From IMG/VR virus record IMGVR_UViG_3300035544_000232, positions 1 through 33,344 of that record: 33,344 bases of DNA. One strand, 5' to 3'. The position numbers and the translations under genes were made by a program. This DNA comes from a virus. Lineage: Duplodnaviria > Caudoviricetes. Every line of letters begins with the position of its first letter. The stretch's first letter is position 1. Shown here piece after piece: positions 26,388 to 33,344 of this stretch. The notes below the pieces were generated by a model. That model did no database searches. It saw only the letters and a program-made list of their open reading frames with translations, and was not told where the DNA came from.

Positions 26388-28469
26388 ATGTCTCAAAATT
26401 TAGGTACAATTTATGCTGAACTTGGTGTAGATACAAGCAAAATGGATAAGGGTTTTAAACAGGGATATAATACACTAAAAAGAGAAACAAGTAAAATGGA
26501 AAGAAAAATGAAATCAGTTAGTAGAAATATGACAAAAATTGGAGCAGGAATGACAGCTGCAATCACAGCACCAATAGTTATGATGGGAAAGAAAATGTTT
26601 GATGCTGCAAGTGATGCAGAACAGGTTCAAAGTAGATACGAAATAGTATTTGGAAATTTAACAAATGAAGCAAATGAATTCGTGAATAGAATGGGTAAAA
26701 TGGGTTGGAATGAGACAGGAATTAAAGATGATTTATCTAATTTTCAAAAAATGTTAAAATCTATGGGTTTAGAAACAGATAACGCTTTTGAAATGTCAAA
26801 AGCAATGTCTCAATTAACCATTGATATTGCTTCATTTGAGGATATTTCAAAAGATGTTGCACAGCAAAAAATAGTTTCTGGAGTTATTGCTGGAGAAATA
26901 GAACCATTAAGAAGACTTGGATATAGTCTTACTCAAGCAAGAATTAAAAGGGAGGCAGTTAAAAAAGGAATTATTGAAGAAGGCGAAGCAATGACTGAAA
27001 AACAAAAAATAATGACAAGAATGATGTTATTAATGAGTGATGCAGAGTCTTCACAAAATGATTTTAAGAGAACAATAAATCAAACCTCTAATCAGGTTAA
27101 AATTTTAAAAGAACAGTGGCAAAAATTTAAAGAATTATATGGAGAACAAATACAAGATGCTTTTCATCCTTTAGTTGTTTCAGCAAAAGAATTGCTTATC
27201 TGGCTAAATGGTCTTGATGAAGGTACAAGAACTTGGATAATTAGAATGACAGCATTAGTTGGGGCAGTTGGACCCGTAGTATTAATATTAGGGCAGTTTA
27301 TTAATAGTTTACTTATTATTAAGGGAGCAATGGTAGCTATTAGTGGTAGTGCTGTAATGGGAAAATTAATGGTTGGATTAAAAGGATTAGCTGGACTATT
27401 AAGTGGAGGAGTTGCAACTTCAATTGGTATTTTTGGAGCTGGATTAGCATATATGATTTCTGGGTTAATAAAAGCTAAAAAACATACCGATCTTCTTAAT
27501 CAAAGCGTAAATGATTTATCAACCACAAAAGCGTTACAAGAAAAATTAGAAGCAGAAATTCAAGAGAGAAAGAAATTAGAAGAATTGGTTAATAGAAAAG
27601 GATTATTTGTTGACAATTCTTTTGCTCAAGAAAGATTAGATTCCACTAATCAAAGAATAGAAGAAACAAGAAAAAAAATAGAAGAACTTAATAAAATGAA
27701 AGTGGAAAATAAAGATACAGTTAATGGAAATTTTGGAATTGCTAATCTCAATAATACTAATAATAATGAAGACACCTCTGATGGTAATTTTAATTATGCA
27801 GCTAAAATAGAAGAATTTAGAAGACAAGTGGAAGAATGGAAAAAAGAAGGGGAAAAAGAATTACAAAAAACAGAAGAAGAAGCTAATAATTCTGTTAATG
27901 AAGGAACACAAAAAACAAGAGAAAATATAAATACAACTACAGAGTTATTAAAACTAAAAGCACAAACCATTCAAGAAACATTCCAAAATATTAAAACTTC
28001 CATGGTAGATTCTCTTACAACTGGAATGACTGCAATAGTTGACGGAACAAAATCAGCAGGAGATGCTATAAGAAGCACATTTATCGACATAATATCAAGT
28101 TTAAAAAATATGATTATTAAATTTGTAGCTCAAAAAGCCGTAACAACATTTCTTAATTTCCTTGCACCTGGAGTTGGTAGTATTGCTGGAGCACTATTTG
28201 GAGGAATATTCCACGATGGAGGACAGGTACCAGGATATAATAATCAGGATGTACCAATAATAGCACAGGCTGGAGAATATGTATTACAACCAGAACAGTT
28301 AAACTCACTACTTGCACAGGCTGGACAGACCAATAATAACCAAAATAGTTATACTATCAATGTTGGAGATATTAATAATTATGGAGAAGAAAAAGTTAGT
28401 GATAGTGTTGTTAATGAGATAATGAGAAAATTAAGAATGAATGAAATGTCAACAGGGAGGTTGGTATAA
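26388..28469 (+). CDS. Tape measure protein
   Basis: LGTIYAELGVDT N-terminus, helical composition, FHDGG..AQAGEYVL C-terminal motif. Confidence 0.92.
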   Translation: MSQNLGTIYAELGVDTSKMDKGFKQGYNTLKRETSKMERKMKSVSRNMTKIGAGMTAAITAPIVMMGKKMFDAASDAEQVQSRYEIVFGNLTNEANEFVNRMGKMGWNETGIKDDLSNFQKMLKSMGLETDNAFEMSKAMSQLTIDIASFEDISKDVAQQKIVSGVIAGEIEPLRRLGYSLTQARIKREAVKKGIIEEGEAMTEKQKIMTRMMLLMSDAESSQNDFKRTINQTSNQVKILKEQWQKFKELYGEQIQDAFHPLVVSAKELLIWLNGLDEGTRTWIIRMTALVGAVGPVVLILGQFINSLLIIKGAMVAISGSAVMGKLMVGLKGLAGLLSGGVATSIGIFGAGLAYMISGLIKAKKHTDLLNQSVNDLSTTKALQEKLEAEIQERKKLEELVNRKGLFVDNSFAQERLDSTNQRIEETRKKIEELNKMKVENKDTVNGNFGIANLNNTNNNEDTSDGNFNYAAKIEEFRRQVEEWKKEGEKELQKTEEEANNSVNEGTQKTRENINTTTELLKLKAQTIQETFQNIKTSMVDSLTTGMTAIVDGTKSAGDAIRSTFIDIISSLKNMIIKFVAQKAVTTFLNFLAPGVGSIAGALFGGIFHDGGQVPGYNNQDVPIIAQAGEYVLQPEQLNSLLAQAGQTNNNQNSYTINVGDINNYGEEKVSDSVVNEIMRKLRMNEMSTGRLV

Positions 28470-28470
28470 T

Positions 28471-28854
28471 ATGAGATTAGGAACTTATAATTTTCCGTTT
28501 GATCCACCTGTTGGTGATTATTCGGGGCTAAACAAGAAAAAATCAAGAACAGATGTTCAAACATTGACCAGTAACAAATCTATTAACTGGGGTTTTATAT
28601 TAGAGGATAACTTCGTTTCAATGAAGTGGAAAATAATGAAGAAAGATTTCTTTCAAGAATTGCAAAATAGACATTATAATAATAATGGAACAAACATATA
28701 TGAATTTGAAAATAATGATGGAGAAATTTACACAGTAGAAATTGTTGATTTTGGTGGAACTCCATATGGAGATTTTAGAGATGAACAACAGGTTGTGAAT
28801 GAATATTATAAAAATGTTGAAATGCAGTTAAAAGTGTTGGAGCAGGTAACTTAA
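28471..28854 (+). CDS. Distal tail (Dit-like) protein
   Basis: Directly after tape measure; GGGAGG SD. Confidence 0.55.
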   Translation: MRLGTYNFPFDPPVGDYSGLNKKKSRTDVQTLTSNKSINWGFILEDNFVSMKWKIMKKDFFQELQNRHYNNNGTNIYEFENNDGEIYTVEIVDFGGTPYGDFRDEQQVVNEYYKNVEMQLKVLEQVT

Positions 28855-28872
28855 ATACCTGCTTCTTTTTTT
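28841..28872 (+). terminator. Intrinsic terminator
   Basis: AGCAGGTA/TACCTGCT plus T-run. Confidence 0.7.
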
Positions 28873-28899
28873 ATTATATTTTTAAAGGGGGGTATAAAA

Positions 28900-29385
28900 T
28901 TGGCTTATAAAGACGAAATTAATAAACCAATCAGATTAATTAATAATATTATAAAAATAGAAAAACCAACAGGAGAAATTATTGATATATCAGACAAGGT
29001 TCAGAATTTAAAAATAAAACAATTTGAAAATAATAAATCAAATAGATTGGAATTTCAGATAATAAATAAAAATGGAGAATTTGATATTATGAACCCTAAT
29101 TCAGTTAATAATGATCTATTGGAATTAAATAATAAAATTATTGTCGAAAAAGGAATTAATAACCAAATACTACCTGTTGGGACATATTATATTACTAATG
29201 CTTATAAGACAAAATATCAAAGAGGAAATGCTCCCACAATATCAGTAACAGCACTTGATGGAATGAAAGAACTATTATCAAAAGTCAGAACCAGTAAACA
29301 ATATAAAAATGAAAGAACAACTGAAATTATAAGAGATATTCTTCTTACTCATACAAGATTAACTAATGAAGATTTAGATTTTTAA
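28900..29385 (+). CDS. Baseplate hub protein, N-terminal part
   Basis: LPVGTYYI..ISVTALDGMK..EIIRDIL hub-like pattern. Confidence 0.6.
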   Translation: MAYKDEINKPIRLINNIIKIEKPTGEIIDISDKVQNLKIKQFENNKSNRLEFQIINKNGEFDIMNPNSVNNDLLELNNKIIVEKGINNQILPVGTYYITNAYKTKYQRGNAPTISVTALDGMKELLSKVRTSKQYKNERTTEIIRDILLTHTRLTNEDLDF

Positions 29386-29422
29386 GATTTAAAAGAAGTT
29401 TTAAATAAAAGGTGGTGAACAA

Positions 29423-31729
29423 ATGTTAGGAACAGGAATACAAACCGATCCTTATATTATTGAAAATGAAACTGATTTAAAAAATATGAAAAACAATCCT
29501 GAAGCAAATTATAAATTAGTTAGGAATATAGATCTTAACGGTCAAATATGGACTAATAGTTTTAATTTTCTTGGAAGTCTTGATGGGAATGGATATATTA
29601 TTTCTAATTTCATTTTGAATGATAATTATACTTCTTCATTTTTTGATTTGAAGATTTCATATCCTTTTCGATTTAGTGATGTTATTTCTGGAGAACTTAC
29701 TTCTGAGATTCAAAATATAACCTTTTCAAATTTTCAAATCGTTTCAGAAAAGGGAAATTCTATTTCATTATTTCGAAATATTCATGGAAGAAATATTAAA
29801 AATGTTAATATTCAAGATATATATATACAAAATAGTGACACTAATCCTCAAATTAATATTATAGCTTTTGAAACTATTGGAAGTAATATAGATCAAGTTA
29901 ATGTAGAAAATATAACAACGGATAATCAAAAAAACTCTTTCTATAGAATTTTTCAAAAAATTTGTTCTTATAATACCTCCGATAATCAAGTAAATTTAGA
30001 TGCGAATATTCAAAATATTAATATTCAAAATATAAATGGATATATTAACGCTGGAATATTAGCTTCAAATATTGGGGGTTTCCATTATTATTCTGGAAAT
30101 AGCCAAACAAATTTTAGAAATATCTCTTTTAAAAATATTAATCTTAAAAATACTAAAGAAAATATGGATATGTTCTGTAGTTCTATTGGTACTAATACAA
30201 AGATAGAAAATGTTGTTTTTAAAAATGTTTCTATGATTAATCATTATAATAATTATGGTGGAACAAAATATACAACTTTCGGAAAAGAGATTATAAGATC
30301 AAATATTATAATTCAAGATATATATTGGAAAGATATTAATGTTAAAGGAAAAATTCAGGGTGTTAATGATTATTTTTATAATGGGAGTGGTTTAATTTGT
30401 GGAAAAATTGGAGATAATTCTTATGTAAATCAAAAAAATGTTGCAATTAAAAATTTGTATGGAATTAATGTTAATTTTGAAGAAATGAATAGTTTTTGGA
30501 TATCAAAAATAGGAGAAGATATTTCTAATTTATCTATTGAAAATATATATGCATCAAAAACAGATACAGATTTTTATACATCTTTCTTTATTAAATATTA
30601 TTTGGGAGAAAAATACCAATTAATAGGTGAAGATTTGTCAGGAAATAATTATCAAAACAATATAACTAAATTACCAACTGATGATAAATTTGATCCTTCA
30701 AATTATTATAAAGACATGAAAATCAAAAGTAATTATGTTGGTTTTGATTTTAATAATGTCTGGGGAATTAAAGCTAATTTTAATGATGGTTTTCCCTATC
30801 TTGTTGAATTAGAAGAACCTCCACCATTAGTTGGAAAAATACAATTTGTTGGAGAAAAAATAATAGATATAATTGATATGTTAGCAGATACAATGGGAAA
30901 AAAAATCAACATTAATAATGAAGGAAAATTCGAATTAATTAGTAGAAGGGATATTAATAATATTGAAGCTGATTATATATATAATAATTCAGACAATATA
31001 GAGTGGTATGATTCAGAGTGGAATGATAGCGAGATAGTTACACAAGTTAAAGTAACTGGAAGGGATGTATCAGCTCCAAGACAGGTAGTTCAAAAAGAAA
31101 AATTATTAGTACAAGAACATGTATTAATTCCACCTGGAAATAATGATAGAATCAAGAAGAATTTTTATTATTCTAATGATAGAAAAACAAGAGCAGTTGA
31201 TATTAAAGTAAGAGTTGATGTTGAAGATGTTGAAGTAGGTATTATATTCGGTTTTGGCCCAAAAGTAAGCGTAGATGGAAATGATGAATGGAAAGTAATA
31301 TCTAAAACTCCTTATTATACCAGACTATATTTTAATAATGATTATAGTGCACTCTCTGATGGAGAATATGATGTAAAAATATATGGAAAACCTATTGCAG
31401 AAATACCACCAGGACAAATACAAGGTATAGCAGAAAACACCGAATTGATATCAAAATATGGAATTATTACAAAAGAAATAGATAACCCATTATTACAAAA
31501 TTTTGAAATAGTTCAGGCGAAAGCAGAAGAGGAATTATTTTTTAATAATATTAAAACTAAAAAAATAAAAGTTAAATTATTAAGTGATATAAGAATACAA
31601 CCTGGAAAAATTATAAGTGTATATCACTCTGTATATCAAACACAAATAAAACTATATGTTTCTGAAGTTTCACATAGGTCTGAAAGAGGTTCTGAAGATA
31701 GCACAACTATTACTGGTTTTATATTATAA
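29423..31729 (+). CDS. GLUG-like/beta-helical domain fused to hub C-terminal part
   Basis: GTGIQTDPYII..YKLVRNIDL..FLGSLDGNGY, GFDFNNVW..GFPYL; then hub-like ELISKYG..IDNPL..IQPGKII. Confidence 0.65.
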   Translation: MLGTGIQTDPYIIENETDLKNMKNNPEANYKLVRNIDLNGQIWTNSFNFLGSLDGNGYIISNFILNDNYTSSFFDLKISYPFRFSDVISGELTSEIQNITFSNFQIVSEKGNSISLFRNIHGRNIKNVNIQDIYIQNSDTNPQINIIAFETIGSNIDQVNVENITTDNQKNSFYRIFQKICSYNTSDNQVNLDANIQNINIQNINGYINAGILASNIGGFHYYSGNSQTNFRNISFKNINLKNTKENMDMFCSSIGTNTKIENVVFKNVSMINHYNNYGGTKYTTFGKEIIRSNIIIQDIYWKDINVKGKIQGVNDYFYNGSGLICGKIGDNSYVNQKNVAIKNLYGINVNFEEMNSFWISKIGEDISNLSIENIYASKTDTDFYTSFFIKYYLGEKYQLIGEDLSGNNYQNNITKLPTDDKFDPSNYYKDMKIKSNYVGFDFNNVWGIKANFNDGFPYLVELEEPPPLVGKIQFVGEKIIDIIDMLADTMGKKININNEGKFELISRRDINNIEADYIYNNSDNIEWYDSEWNDSEIVTQVKVTGRDVSAPRQVVQKEKLLVQEHVLIPPGNNDRIKKNFYYSNDRKTRAVDIKVRVDVEDVEVGIIFGFGPKVSVDGNDEWKVISKTPYYTRLYFNNDYSALSDGEYDVKIYGKPIAEIPPGQIQGIAENTELISKYGIITKEIDNPLLQNFEIVQAKAEEELFFNNIKTKKIKVKLLSDIRIQPGKIISVYHSVYQTQIKLYVSEVSHRSERGSEDSTTITGFIL

Positions 31730-31742
31730 GGAGTGATTTTAA

Positions 31743-32087
31743 ATGGGAATAAAAGATATTGCGAAAGGTCAAGTTGATTATGGAAAACAACAATTATTAG
31801 GAATAGTTAAAAATGTTAATTATGAAAATGAAAACTATACAGAAATTATAACTTCTTATGATATTATATTAAGAAATGGTGATATTATATATACTGTCCA
31901 AAATTCTTCAGGGATAGAATTTGCAGAAGGTTCTGGAGTTATTATTTCCAGGCTTAATAGATTGGAATTTGAAATTATACAACAATCACAGATTAGTATG
32001 ACTATAGAGGATATAGAAAATATCCCTGATCCTTTAATTTTAGATACTGGAATGTTATTAGACGACAACAATATTGTGAAAAGATAA
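31743..32087 (+). CDS. Tail tip/baseplate protein (hypothetical)
   Basis: Synteny; AAGGAG SD. Confidence 0.5.
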   Translation: MGIKDIAKGQVDYGKQQLLGIVKNVNYENENYTEIITSYDIILRNGDIIYTVQNSSGIEFAEGSGVIISRLNRLEFEIIQQSQISMTIEDIENIPDPLILDTGMLLDDNNIVKR

Positions 32088-32099
32088 GGAGGGATTAAT

Positions 32100-32816
32100 G
32101 TGGCACAAACACCTGAGAGTTGGAACATGAAAGAAGAAGTTACATCATATAAACTTAATGCAATCAATGAAACCATTATGGAAAATATAATTGATAACGA
32201 AACAAATATTGATAATGTTCAAGCATATAATCAGCAGGCAAGAGCTGCTGTATTAGGAAACGGTATATATCAAGGTTTTGAGTTAACTCAAGACATATTA
32301 AATATAACAATTACTGCTGGAGCTGGAATTGTTAGTGGATTTGTAATATTAACAGTAGAAAAAACAATAACACTTACTGATAATGAAATTAATTATATAT
32401 ATTTAAATAATACTAATGGAATAGAACAATCAATACTTCCAGAAAATATAGGAGATTATGATCAGGAACTATATCAAATAGATGTTAGTGGAGGAAGCAT
32501 TATTACTGTTACTGATATGCGAAAACAATTATTAACATTAGAGGACCTATTAATTGAATTTCAAAATGAAATAAGTAAAAAACAATTATTAAATGGAAGT
32601 GGAACTGAAACTATTGCAGCAGAAAGTGAAACAACCATTAATATTACTCATATAGAAGGAATATGTGGAGAACCAGTAATAACACTTGATAATGTTAATA
32701 TTGATTATGAAATTTTAAATAAAACAGATAACAGTTTTGAAGTAAAATTAACAAATACAAATACTGCTGAAGAGACCGTTAATTATGATTGGGAAAGAAA
32801 GGTATATGCAATGTAA
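32100..32816 (+). CDS. Baseplate/fibre-attachment protein
   Basis: ITITAGAGIVSG..TITL..NYIYL..ITVTDMR pattern. Confidence 0.55.
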   Translation: MAQTPESWNMKEEVTSYKLNAINETIMENIIDNETNIDNVQAYNQQARAAVLGNGIYQGFELTQDILNITITAGAGIVSGFVILTVEKTITLTDNEINYIYLNNTNGIEQSILPENIGDYDQELYQIDVSGGSIITVTDMRKQLLTLEDLLIEFQNEISKKQLLNGSGTETIAAESETTINITHIEGICGEPVITLDNVNIDYEILNKTDNSFEVKLTNTNTAEETVNYDWERKVYAM

Positions 32817-32849
32817 TTATCACTCTTTTTTAATAATATATAATGAGGA

Positions 32850-33344
32850 GTGAAAAAAATGATAACTGAAAGTGGAATAGGTGCAATATTTGCCAAATTA
32901 TGGGGTTTGATTTCCCTGATATTTGGTTTTTTTATTCGAATCAATACTCAATTTATAGCAATTTGGGTAGCTTTTCTTTTCTCTTTTTTGTCAAAAGTTA
33001 TGGAAATAATGAATAATGATGATATGGAGTTTTCGGGGCATATAGCAATGAAAAAAGGTTTTCCAACAATAATTGGATATCTTATATTGTCAAGTATAGC
33101 AACACATGCTGGAGCATTCGTAAATCTTGGAATGGGAAAATGGTTAGCAACAGCAATATATGGTTTCATTTTTACCAAAGAGGTTTTAAATATTTTAAGT
33201 CATTTAGCTGGAGCAGGAGTTGATGTTCTTCCAATATCAAAAGCATTAAGAAAGAAAAGTATAGATCTTGTTGGAATTGACTTTGGGGGTGAAAAAGAAA
33301 ATGGAAATGGAAATACCAAAAAAAATAAAAAGACAAATAAATAA
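32850..33344 (+). CDS. Holin (Phage_holin_4-like)
   Basis: Several TM segments, KKG..EVLNILSHLAGAGV, basic C-tail; after tail genes. Confidence 0.7.
   Translation: MKKMITESGIGAIFAKLWGLISLIFGFFIRINTQFIAIWVAFLFSFLSKVMEIMNNDDMEFSGHIAMKKGFPTIIGYLILSSIATHAGAFVNLGMGKWLATAIYGFIFTKEVLNILSHLAGAGVDVLPISKALRKKSIDLVGIDFGGEKENGNGNTKKNKKTNK

Noticed and set aside
1299-33178. Short antisense or nested ORFs in the track (e.g. 1299-1511, 8437-8796, 11239-11586, 20159-20596, 21889-22311)
   Set aside because: Shadow frames of well-supported genes, without convincing SDs or motifs

Overview
An AT-rich temperate siphovirus (pro)phage segment, probably from a low-GC, possibly anaerobic Firmicute. Gene order: tyrosine integrase; a convergent replication operon (tandem-RHH regulator, wHTH initiator, DnaC-like loader, DnaB-like helicase); a 1.3-kb control region with divergent sigma-A promoter pairs and an iteron array; early/middle genes (RuvC, ArpU/RinA-type activator); an accessory island; then terminase, portal, head, tail, baseplate and holin. 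Main oddities: (1) an extra copy of the phage's own terminase nuclease domain with most catalytic acids substituted, split from its upstream ORF by a +1 shift and first behind a predicted late promoter; (2) a ~400-bp iteron/origin-like element present twice, 13.6 kb apart; (3) two predicted small RNAs complementary to the replication-initiator translation start; (4) a stand-alone 41-aa NrdD glycyl-radical peptide; (5) tiny orphan antitoxin-like ORFs; (6) a capsid-cement/beta-propeller fusion and a baseplate hub split by a GLUG-like domain. All family calls are by-eye motif recognition; no searches were run.
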